Under the pieces are notes generated by a model. It was not told where the DNA came from. It did not search any database and was given only the letters and a program-made list of their open reading frames with translations. Positions 17,192-26,056 of a DNA stretch of 64,000 nt are shown here, one piece after another. How positions within the stretch are numbered: position 1 is the first letter of the stretch; each line of letters opens with the position of its first letter. The DNA is taken from sequence record KT919973.1. The stretch is one strand, 5' to 3'. A program made the translations under genes and the position numbers.

Positions 17192-18217
17192 ATGTCACAC
17201 GCAATCTTTATCGGACGCTTTCGTCCATTCCACAACGGTCATCTATCTGCAATCACCCAAGCGTTCGAATCGCTTAATCTAGACAAGATGACTATCTTAA
17301 TCGGTAGCTCTAATCGACATCGTTCAGTTAAAAACCCTTTCACGTTCGAAGAAGTACGCGATATGATGGGTGTTGCTTTACCTGACGATATTCGAAGCAA
17401 AGTTCGCTTTGTACCACTAGGTGATTACGCGAAAGACGACGTTTGGCAGTCAAATGTTCGTTCTCATACAAAAGGTGCCACTCACATCGTTGGTTACGAC
17501 AAAGACGAAAGCAGCTACTATCTCAAGCTATTCCCTGAGCTAAAACTATTTCAACCAGAACCAGTGAAGATGTATAACAGAGTTATCTCTGCAACTGACT
17601 TCAGAGAATTGTACTTCAGCGAGATTCTACTGAACCACCCTGTTATGTCTGGTCTGATTCCCAAGCAAACAATGATGTTTCTTGACGATTGGAGCAAAAC
17701 AGAGCATTTCACTGAAATGAAAGCTGAATACGATAGCTCAGTGCGCGAAATCGAGAAGTTTAAAGACTATCCCTACCAAGGTCACTTGAATATCGCGTGT
17801 GCTGACAGCGTTGTGATGTGTGCAGGTCACGTTCTTCTTGTCGAGCGTAAGTTCAACCCAGGCAAAGGCTGTTTAGCATTACCTGGCGGTCATAAGCACG
17901 AGAAAGAAACATTCTTGTCTGCTGCGATTCGTGAACTGCAAGAAGAAACTAACATCAAAATCCCAGAGAAAGTCTTGCGTGGCTCTCTCAAAGGTGAGAA
18001 GATGTTCGATAACCCTAATCGATCTTACCCTCACACTCGTATCACTATGGCATATCACTTCAAAGTGCAGCCAAACCCTGACAACACTTTCCCGAAAGTG
18101 AAACCAGCCGATGATGCTGTGTCTGCAAAATGGTATTCGTTGAGCGAAGTAATGGAAATGCAAGAACGTTTGTATGACGATCATTATCAAATCATTCAGT
18201 ACTTCACTGGCATCTAA
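17192..18217 (+). CDS. natV: Bifunctional NMN adenylyltransferase / Nudix ADP-ribose pyrophosphatase (NadM-Nudix)
   Basis: IGRFRPFHNGH (HxGH), KNPFTFEE, SATDFR; Nudix box GGHKHEKETFLSAAIRELQEET. Confidence 0.95.
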   Translation: MSHAIFIGRFRPFHNGHLSAITQAFESLNLDKMTILIGSSNRHRSVKNPFTFEEVRDMMGVALPDDIRSKVRFVPLGDYAKDDVWQSNVRSHTKGATHIVGYDKDESSYYLKLFPELKLFQPEPVKMYNRVISATDFRELYFSEILLNHPVMSGLIPKQTMMFLDDWSKTEHFTEMKAEYDSSVREIEKFKDYPYQGHLNIACADSVVMCAGHVLLVERKFNPGKGCLALPGGHKHEKETFLSAAIRELQEETNIKIPEKVLRGSLKGEKMFDNPNRSYPHTRITMAYHFKVQPNPDNTFPKVKPADDAVSAKWYSLSEVMEMQERLYDDHYQIIQYFTGI

Positions 18218-18222
18218 CTAAC

Positions 18223-18241
18223 GGGGCAGTAATGCCCCTTT
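18223..18241 (+). terminator. Intrinsic terminator
   Basis: GGGGCA-GTAA-TGCCCC-TTT. Confidence 0.7.
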
Positions 18242-18253
18242 GAGGAAATTAAT

Positions 18254-18873
18254 ATGAGCATTAAACAATTAGCAAAAACTGAAGTAAACAATTACAACAC
18301 TGCATACGTAGATGTATACAAAATTCGTGAAGATATGATTGCAAAGTACTCTGCTGCTCGTGCATGTGTTGAACGCGGCGATGGTACTATGAAAAACTGT
18401 ACATTACGTCGTGAAATCTGTCGCGCTCTTGATAATTCTAGTGATTGGAATAAAGTTGCTAAGACTGATTCTGGTCGTCTATTGTATCAACGAGTGAAAA
18501 GCAATTCACTAGAGAACTTTGTATGAACGCATACCGAATCAACACATCAATCGAAGAACTAGCAATAGTAAAAGGCGATTTGTTTGTTCAAAGTCCATTC
18601 AATGAACATGAATATAAAATGGCTCGTCAACCTCAACGACCACCAATGCACATCGACTTGATTACTCAGTTTCATCATCTTTATAATGAAACGACTGCTA
18701 CTGATGACGAAATCGCTGAATTGGTTCTAGAATGGAAGAATCAATTCAAAACACGAACCGAAGCATTGAATATGTTTCGCCAATCACTAATCGAACAGCG
18801 CCAATCGATTGATGAACAAATCAAACAAACTACATCTACCATTGAACAATTACGTGAAAAGTTCGGAGAGTAA
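18254..18873 (+). other. Two hypothetical CDSs: 18254-18526, 18523-18873
   Basis: ORF track; overlapping junctions. Confidence 0.7.
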
Positions 18874-18874
18874 T

Positions 18875-19501
18875 ATGCACGCATATGACTTAGTAAGAAA
18901 AATGCAAAAGGTTGTTGAGTCTTGCGAGACAATTGAACAACTACGCAATGCAAGAAAGTACCTCATGCGCTGTCAAGACTATGCACTAGATGGCGGCAAT
19001 GATAGCTACATCACTACTATCATGGTAGAAGTGCAAGACTTAGACGAACGCATCACCGATAAGATTGTTGAGTTGTCTGATACTCGTGGCATGAACGCTA
19101 TCGAAACTGGCGTTATCAAAGTCGGCATCGATATTCATGGCGTAATTGATCAATCACCAGAGTTCTTCGCGCTGTTAAGCAAACTACCAGTTGAAGTGCA
19201 TATCATCACTGGCATTAAAGAAGAACTCGATACTGATGTACCAGATGACTTAGAGTATGACCACTGGTTTAGCATTCATCAATCATGTGAAGACGACGGC
19301 GTTGAAATCTTGTACGACGAGAAAGGTCGCCCATGGGTCGATGACGAAATCTGGAACAACAAGAAAGCTGAATACTGCCGTGAGAATCAAATCAATATCA
19401 TGATCGATGACTCACCAACGTATGCTAGATCCTTCGAAGGTCTTGATACTTTCTATCTACAACTAACAAATACTGTTCGTGATGAATGGAGACGCAAATG
19501 A
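18875..19501 (+). CDS. HAD-like phosphatase/nucleotidase with N-terminal helical extension
   Basis: VGIDIHGVID, IITG, KKAEYC, IMIDDSP. Confidence 0.7.
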   Translation: MHAYDLVRKMQKVVESCETIEQLRNARKYLMRCQDYALDGGNDSYITTIMVEVQDLDERITDKIVELSDTRGMNAIETGVIKVGIDIHGVIDQSPEFFALLSKLPVEVHIITGIKEELDTDVPDDLEYDHWFSIHQSCEDDGVEILYDEKGRPWVDDEIWNNKKAEYCRENQINIMIDDSPTYARSFEGLDTFYLQLTNTVRDEWRRK

Positions 19502-20609
19502 GAAATTACGGCATTATAGACCGAGAAGGCAGATATCTACTTGTGCTAGACATTGACAATGAGATAAAAGTCATGGCAATCTTTTCTGAAATCGAAGATG
19601 CAAATCGTGTGCTGTACAAATATGATTTCGACAAACAAGGCTTTCGTGTAATTGAACTACAACCATTGGAAAAGAAACTATGAACGTATCAAATGTAATG
19701 TCACAACACGCTGAAATTCAAGATGCACTTATTGCCATGCTTGACGATGAGTTCAACGGCAAAGGTCATATCGAATATGCAGATTACTTCGATGACGAAC
19801 AACTATGGGAAGTGCAATACTTCGATGGTGAAACAGTACAAGAAGTCATTGTAACTACAGTCGCGCTCGAAAAATGGATGCATAATAACAAATGATACAT
19901 GACATTATCATCGAACATCGTCGCATCATGAACATAGTCACTGAGTTATGCCAACTCAAATCATATGAATTCATTGATGACATCGAGTACGATGAAGACA
20001 AACAAATATTCTATGTCACCATCGCTGAAGAAACTCAAAACGGCACTGAATACATAGAATGTAAAATCACTCTGCAACTAGTAGAAAACTACTATAAGGC
20101 TTGACAATGAAATTACCAGAATACTTACAACACATCAAAGTAAACGAAAACGTAATTACAGTAGACTCAGCACGCGATAAAGCATTAGTCATCGATTACC
20201 TACAATCAATCAAAGCACGATTCCATACTGTACAAAAGACAGTTAGCCGCTGCGAAATTCACGTCAAGAGAGCTTAATCATGAAAGAACTACTTAAAACA
20301 ATGAAAGAAACTGAAGAAGCCATCGCAGCGAAGTTTGGTCTCGACCATCTATGGCACGGACTAGTAGACTGCACCGATAGCGTATTCGCTGCTGATGAAC
20401 AAGACCTACTAAAAGCACACGAATTCCAATACGGCGATTGTGAAAAGGCAATCACAGAAGGCAACTGTTATGGCGTTGAAGTGTACGGCACAAGCGTGTG
20501 GCTATCAGATGATAAACAATACCTACTGATTGTAGCTGATGATGGAAGTGGCAATCGAGACTTCTATATCTTCGATATGTCTAAACACTCAGATTGCGAA
20601 ATGTACTAA
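19486..20609 (+). other. Small hypothetical CDSs: 19486-19683, 19680-19895, 19892-20104, 20107-20277, 20280-20609
   Basis: Tight packing; strongly C/A-rich + strand. Confidence 0.65.
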
Positions 20610-20611
20610 AG

Positions 20612-20682
20612 AAAAGGGTTGACAACTGTCAGCCCTTTCGCGTATCATACACATATCAAATCAAGAAAGGAAAAACATTATG
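20612..20682 (+). promoter_or_regulatory. Terminator/promoter cassette
   Basis: AAAGGGTTGAC-AACT-GTCAGCCCTTT; TTGACA-18bp-TATCAT; AAAGGAAAAACATTATG. Confidence 0.85.
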
Positions 20683-21516
20683 ATTGGACTATCTATTATC
20701 ATCGCAGTATTCAGCGTCGTGCTAATGATAGACTCACACGAGCAAATCATGTCTAAAGAATACAGAAACTTTGTCTTGATATTCAATGCCATTTGCTGTA
20801 TAGTCAATCTAGCTAACATGATTGTGATTCACAAATACGGAGTAACACTATGAGCTTGACAATACTACTAATGACACTTCTATGCTGTGCAATACTCACT
20901 GGCATGAGTATCTTCAGCTTCATTAACAAACCTAGCTTCGTGAAACTAGTAATCACTGCTGTTCTAGGCTTTGTCTCATATGTTCTACTACACGTAACGG
21001 CAGGCGCAATATGAATCAAACTATCAAAGCAATATGCATAGACAATACTTCAACTCGTATCGATAAACCCGAACCACCAAGCGGCATTACTCTCGGCAAA
21101 GAATATGTCGTTCACATGTATAACGTAAACGAACATACAAACAAACCACCTATGATTCGTATTACTAATGACAACAACCAACGAGCAAGCTATGTCGCTG
21201 CACGATTTAATCTAACAGTAGGATAAACTCATGTTCGCACTATCAATCTTAATTCTGATTCTCACTACATATCTGTTTGTAACCGATAAATCAAAACGAA
21301 CAGTTCCATTCGTGGCTCTGCTAATAACAACTGCGTTTAACTGTATCATTCAGTATTACCTAATTGATATTCTATCATTGAGCTTTAGTCTGAAGTAACA
21401 TGCAAACATTAATCGATTTACTAAACGATATACCCATCGGCTACATTATGCTTGTTCTATGTGCTCTAGCAGCTATAGCCGGATGGTGCTTGAGCGATAT
21501 GTCAAACAATGACTAA
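20680..21516 (+). other. Operon of small membrane peptides (20680-20853, 20850-21014, 21231-21398, 21400-21516) plus soluble 21011-21226
   Basis: Manual translation: 57, 54, 55 and 38 aa, each with 1-2 hydrophobic segments; coupled junctions. Confidence 0.65.
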
Positions 21517-21547
21517 AAACGCTTAGAATCGCTCTCACAGCGTCTCA

Positions 21548-21594
21548 GAGCATGGTACATATAGTATTGTTTTTAATATATCGCACCATGCCTC
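21548..21594. other. AT-rich element in an inverted repeat (candidate DNA-unwinding element)
   Basis: GAG-CATGGT...ACCATG-C-CTC enclosing a stretch with only 3 G/C in 25 bp (21557-21581). Confidence 0.5.
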
Positions 21595-21607
21595 GTTTAA
21601 ATGCACA

Positions 21608-21716
21608 TGTGTATAAATCTGTGGATAATATGTGTATGAGATTGTGCATAAGTGTCTGAAATCTGTGTATAAAAACATGATTTAGCTGTGCATAAGTCTG
21701 TGGATAATGTGGATAA
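21608..21716. repeat. Array of eight co-oriented DnaA-box-like 9-mers in noncoding DNA (candidate origin)
   Basis: TGTGTATAA 21608, TGTGGATAA 21620, TGTGTATGA 21631, TGTGCATAA 21643, TGTGTATAA 21664, TGTGCATAA 21687, TGTGGATAA 21699, TGTGGATAA 21708; 7 match TTWTNCACA exactly on the minus strand. Confidence 0.9.
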
Positions 21717-21886
21717 CTTTTTAGTGAAAAATTGGTGAAAGTCTCATCGGCTCCTGTGTGGTACGCGGCAGTCTAAAACCTTACACCATTTGTAAAAATC
21801 TAATCCGCTTCGCATCTTTTTGCTTGACACTCAATGCCGTCCTGTGAGAGGATGAGAAGACAACTGAACACCTTGGGAGGGGTGAT

Positions 21887-22033
21887 ATGATAACATTAGC
21901 TTTGTTTTATATGAGTCGCGACATGCAATACAGTGAGCGACCAAGTGACTTGTACCTTGGTACATGTATTTTAGACTTTGCATTAATCGCCACGATGTTC
22001 TGTGGTGTAATGATGTTCACTGGTAATTGGTAA
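21887..22033 (+). CDS. 48-aa membrane peptide
   Basis: Strong GGGAGGGG RBS; hydrophobic C-terminal half; TAATG coupling to the next gene. Confidence 0.6.
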   Translation: MITLALFYMSRDMQYSERPSDLYLGTCILDFALIATMFCGVMMFTGNW

Positions 22034-22356
22034 TGTTGTTTAAGAATTACAAAGTGAATCGCCATGTACGTGCTCGTGCTCTAGAGTTATTGAATTGTGG
22101 TGAGTTGCATCGCGTGTACACCTGTTTAGAGCTACAGCGTGGTGTGAATTCAGAAATGGTTAGCTTGATTAAGCTTAAACTAAAGCATTTGCAGCGTATG
22201 TATGTTCGCCAGAGTGATATGCCGAATGAGTTAGAAGATTGTTATTCTTTTATCTGTGCGCATCATCCGCCCTGTGAGCGTCGTAAGTTGCGTGCATATG
22301 AGCGCAAGAGCTGGTTGAAATACATTATAGAGAACATTAATAAGGTTAAGATATGA
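22033..22356 (+). CDS. Hypothetical protein, RKxWLK paralog family (copy 1)
   Basis: A.ELL...YTC and ERKSWLKYI motifs. Confidence 0.7.
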   Translation: MLFKNYKVNRHVRARALELLNCGELHRVYTCLELQRGVNSEMVSLIKLKLKHLQRMYVRQSDMPNELEDCYSFICAHHPPCERRKLRAYERKSWLKYIIENINKVKI

Positions 22357-22427
22357 ACGTAGTCTGCCGTTACTGGCAGATGATTATAAGCGTTGCAGTG
22401 ATGTAGAATTTTTCTAAGGGGTATTAG

Positions 22428-23039
22428 ATGAAACGAGTAGAAAGAAACAAAAAGGTAGTAGAGAAGCAAGCGGTCATGCCTAGTGGTAGTTTATCGCGAG
22501 TTGAGACGTACTACAACACATTGTCTGGTTATTTGAATTTCATTGATTCGGGTGATGGTATTCGTGGTGTAGAGCAGCCGACATATATGCTTGTATGTGA
22601 TGACGGTTCGTTTTATTCAGTAGAAGAAGAGCGCGTGAATGGTAATGTGCAGCGAGAGACTAAGATTAATGGTCAAAAAGTCTCTGTACATGCACGCCTG
22701 AAGCTATCAGCGAAAGATTGGGATTGGTATCCTTGTAAGTGGAAGAGCGGGCGTCTTGTTTACACGTATAAAGAAACTGATTTTGTCGATGAAGAGCATG
22801 AGCTAGTGGTTGGTGAGATACTAGACATTTATGCCGCAAGCGATAGTGTATTGGCATATGCACATGACGCGACAGTTGTCGTATCTCGTCCGACACAAAT
22901 TGCCGTTGAGACGTATGGTAAACTAGTTGTGTTTACAGTTGGTGATTCTAGTGTTGATGAACTAGTATCTGATTGTGGTGATTATCGTATTGATGGTCGT
23001 TATCTTGCTAGTCAGTACGATGAAGAGCTTCATTCGTAA
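22428..23039 (+). CDS. Hypothetical protein
   Basis: 203-aa ORF; G/T-rich codon usage. Confidence 0.7.
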   Translation: MKRVERNKKVVEKQAVMPSGSLSRVETYYNTLSGYLNFIDSGDGIRGVEQPTYMLVCDDGSFYSVEEERVNGNVQRETKINGQKVSVHARLKLSAKDWDWYPCKWKSGRLVYTYKETDFVDEEHELVVGEILDIYAASDSVLAYAHDATVVVSRPTQIAVETYGKLVVFTVGDSSVDELVSDCGDYRIDGRYLASQYDEELHS

Positions 23040-23048
23040 AAGTTAAAG

Positions 23049-23111
23049 AAAAGGGTTGCGCTATGCAGCCCTTTTTTGTATTATAATGACTTTGATTTGG
23101 AGAATATTATG
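23049..23111 (+). promoter_or_regulatory. Terminator/promoter cassette (left flank of endonuclease)
   Basis: AAAAGGGTTGC-GCTAT-GCAGCCCTTTT; TTGCGC-17bp-TATTAT; GAGAATATTATG. Confidence 0.85.
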
Positions 23112-23858
23112 GCTAGAATTAAATGGACACTTGAACGTCTTAAAGAAGATGCGTTGAAATACAAGACACGTACTGAATGGTGTAAAAACTCACAAGGTGC
23201 TTACTGTGCTGCGTCAAAACGTGGGTTACTTGATGAGTGCTGTTCTCATATGCATTCATCAATTAAAAACGCATTTTCTCGGTGTATATATCGAATATAT
23301 GCAGATAATGAGATTTACATTGGGTTGACTTACGATACTAAGCAACGCTTTAGTTCTCATCGAAAGCAAACACCTCAGATTATTGACCTAATCGAACGTC
23401 ATGGCATTGAAAACGTCAAGTTCGAGCAATTGACTGATTATATGAATCAAGAACTGGCGCAGTTGTCCGAGAAAGAACACATCAAACAGTACAGAAATGA
23501 CGGATGGGTTATTTTAAATCGTTCTAAGGCTGGTGCATTAGGGTGTTCAACATTAAAATGGACACTAGAACGTCTCAAAGAAGATGCATTGAAGTACAAG
23601 ACACGTACTGAATGGAAGAAAATGTCGAGCGGTGCTTATATGTCTGCTTATAGACGAGGATTGGTTGATGAGTGCTGTGCTCATATGTCATTGATGAAAG
23701 GTTATTGGACACTAGAACGTCTTAAAGAAGATGCATTGAAATACAAAACTCGCAACGAATGGCAGAAGATGTCGAGCGGTGCTTATTCTACTGCTAAGAA
23801 AAAAGGCTTACTAGATGAGTGTTGTGAACATATGCCGAAAAGAGCCAAACGAAAATAA
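23109..23858 (+). mobile_element. GIY-YIG endonuclease with three ~44-aa WTLERLKEDALKYKTR...DECCxHM repeats
   Basis: CIYRIY...IYIGLT...RFSSH catalytic module between repeats 1 and 2. Confidence 0.8.
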
Positions 23859-23864
23859 TTTAAT

Positions 23865-23939
23865 AAAAGGGTTGCGCTATGCAGCCTTTTTTTGTATTAT
23901 AGCTTTATCGAAACGACAACGACTAGAGAGAATATTATG
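23865..23939 (+). promoter_or_regulatory. Terminator/promoter cassette (right flank), near-identical to 23049-23084
   Basis: One mismatch over about 36 bp; ATCGAAACG at +1 (23907). Confidence 0.9.
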
Positions 23940-24254
23940 CAAATCATCAACGAAACTAAGTCATTTACTGTTTCACGTCACCCGCGTGGTGGTATGCGCC
24001 ATGAGCTTGATAAAAGCATGTACGCGAAGAACGGTAATGCTTTGTCTTCAGTTCGCATTTATCTAGCTGCTGAATACGGTATGATTGAAGGTCAAGACTA
24101 CACAATTGACAGTGGTATGACTTATACTCTGCTACGTATTGAGCGCATTAACGATATTAATGCCAAGAATAATTTCTTTCAAGTCGGCGAATACTACGAT
24201 TTAGACATCGATTTTGCTTCTAACACTGTACGTATGTACCAAGATAAGGGATAA
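23937..24254 (+). CDS. Hypothetical protein
   Basis: Follows the cassette RBS. Confidence 0.75.
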   Translation: MQIINETKSFTVSRHPRGGMRHELDKSMYAKNGNALSSVRIYLAAEYGMIEGQDYTIDSGMTYTLLRIERINDINAKNNFFQVGEYYDLDIDFASNTVRMYQDKG

Positions 24255-24258
24255 AACT

Positions 24259-24666
24259 ATGAAAATTCTACCAGATTTCCTTGATAACACTGAAATTCGC
24301 CGTGTAATTAGCGAAAAAGCACTTGAATTACGTCAAAATACCGCGATTTTAAGCGATGAAGACGCTTACACGTGTCATATTTTAGATGACCACGTCGAAA
24401 TCAAGCTTGGCGTTCTTGCTCAACAAAAAGCTATGCGTATCATTAAAGATAAAGGCGAAGCTTTCTGTGACCATTTACAAGCTAATCCTGTAGCTGTATT
24501 TGGTCGTGAATTGACTTCAACTGAAGCTGAATATCTCAACGAGATTTTTCAAAACAAGCTTAGTGCATTTGTACATAGCGTATCGCGTGTATTTGAAGAT
24601 GCCGATGATATTGATTTTGTATTTGTGCGTAAAGCATGGTTAAAATTCTTGATTAATTCACTATAA
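24259..24666 (+). CDS. RKxWLK paralog family (copy 2)
   Basis: EKALEL...DAYTCHI; FVRKAWLKFL. Confidence 0.75.
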   Translation: MKILPDFLDNTEIRRVISEKALELRQNTAILSDEDAYTCHILDDHVEIKLGVLAQQKAMRIIKDKGEAFCDHLQANPVAVFGRELTSTEAEYLNEIFQNKLSAFVHSVSRVFEDADDIDFVFVRKAWLKFLINSL

Positions 24667-24681
24667 AAGCAAAAAAAGTAC

Positions 24682-24990
24682 AAAAAGTGGTTGCGTGCCG
24701 TAGCCACTTACTGTATTATTCTCTTATCGAAACGAGATACAGAGAGAACATTATGACTTACGCAAACGCTACTAAAATCGACGCAATTGAACTTGTTATG
24801 TCAATGACAGAAGATCAGTTCTACGACCTTATTGCTGAATCAAATGCAAATGATGATTACGCGTTTTCTGCAAAAGTCATGAAAGCTCAATCTGACTTAC
24901 GTCGCGCTGGTAAAATTAACTACTAAGTGCTTGACACTTCCACTAGCAATAGCCGATAATAGCTTTATTGAAACGAGAGAGAACATTATG
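24682..24990 (+). promoter_or_regulatory. Two early-promoter cassettes (24682-24755, 24931-24990) driving 24753-24926 and 24988-25239
   Basis: TTGCGT-17-TATTAT with GTGGTTGC/GTAGCCAC hairpin; TTGACA-18-GATAAT; ATCGAAACG and ATTGAAACG leaders; GAGAACATTATG. Confidence 0.85.
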
Positions 24991-25242
24991 AACTTAATCA
25001 CACGCAGCAAAATCAATCACGATTCACTTTGGCTTAAAATCTTGACTGCTGATAAGAGCGAAGTAAAGCTATTCATCGGTCGTACTGGTGTTAAAATCAG
25101 TCACAAAACGACTGCTGCTTCAGCTAATATTATGCGTGAAGTCGCGAACAACGTAAACAAAATGTTCAATGAGCTATACAAGAGTGGTTTGCCTTACGGT
25201 CAAATCATTGAGAAAATCGAAGCAGCTTACAAGGGATAAGAT

Positions 25243-25677
25243 ATGAGAGCAATTGAGAAATCAGAAATCATCAAAGAAATTCGCGCAATGGCTACTGAAA
25301 TGTCTAATGACAATGCTTTGCTTGCAGATTCTTACGAGTATAGCTGTTGTACTGTCGTGAATCGTGTTTCAGATTTGTTTGAAGCTCGATATGACTTGTC
25401 GAAAAGAGAAAAAGCAAGACTTTATGCACCATGTAATGAACATGTAGAAGAAGCAGGTCTTGAGTTTGTTAAAACTGTCATTGCAGACTCTTACGGTGTA
25501 CTTGGTTTTATTCTACCAGAAGATACAATCGATGAACTACAAGACGATTTTGATTGGGGTCTAGCAGGTGCTTTTGTACACGCGATTGCTCGTGCATACG
25601 GGCCGTTGAATAAAGAACATTTCGTAGCAGCACGTAAAGCATGGTTGAAATTCTTGTCACAGTACGAGGGAAAATAA
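25243..25677 (+). CDS. RKxWLK paralog family (copy 3)
   Basis: AMATEM...YSCCTV; ARKAWLKFL. Confidence 0.75.
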   Translation: MRAIEKSEIIKEIRAMATEMSNDNALLADSYEYSCCTVVNRVSDLFEARYDLSKREKARLYAPCNEHVEEAGLEFVKTVIADSYGVLGFILPEDTIDELQDDFDWGLAGAFVHAIARAYGPLNKEHFVAARKAWLKFLSQYEGK

Positions 25678-25678
25678 A

Positions 25679-26056
25679 ATGAATCTACATGATCTCATTC
25701 GCCAAGCCGCGACTGAATTACTTGAAGATGACATCACTTCAAACATCAATAGCTATACGTGCAATCGCATTGCCGATGATATTTCATCTAGTAGCATTTA
25801 CACTCATTGCGAGGTTAAAGCAGTTATTCGTGAACTCGCTGAGTCGTTCTTATATGCTGTATTGCGTAAGCCAGTCGAAACACTTGGTTTTGAACTAGAA
25901 GAGGCATCGCGTTCTGAACTAAAGTCTATCGTAGCTGATAAATTCTATTCGTCTGCTTTCATTCACGTGATTGCTATGCGCGATAAAGACGTTGACTCAG
26001 AGTGGTTTGCAACAACTCGTAAAGCATGGCTGAAACATATCGTGGAGAATGTGTAA
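25679..26056 (+). CDS. RKxWLK paralog family (copy 4)
   Basis: AATELL...SYTCNRI; TRKAWLKHI. Confidence 0.75.
   Translation: MNLHDLIRQAATELLEDDITSNINSYTCNRIADDISSSSIYTHCEVKAVIRELAESFLYAVLRKPVETLGFELEEASRSELKSIVADKFYSSAFIHVIAMRDKDVDSEWFATTRKAWLKHIVENV

Noticed and set aside
21612-21619. Late promoter TATAAATC in the array
   Set aside because: Last base mismatched, no nearby downstream gene, and part of box 1
21663-21678. LexA box CTGT-N8-ACAT inside the DnaA array
   Set aside because: Mismatch in the essential ACAG half-site; fully explained by the DnaA-box repeat
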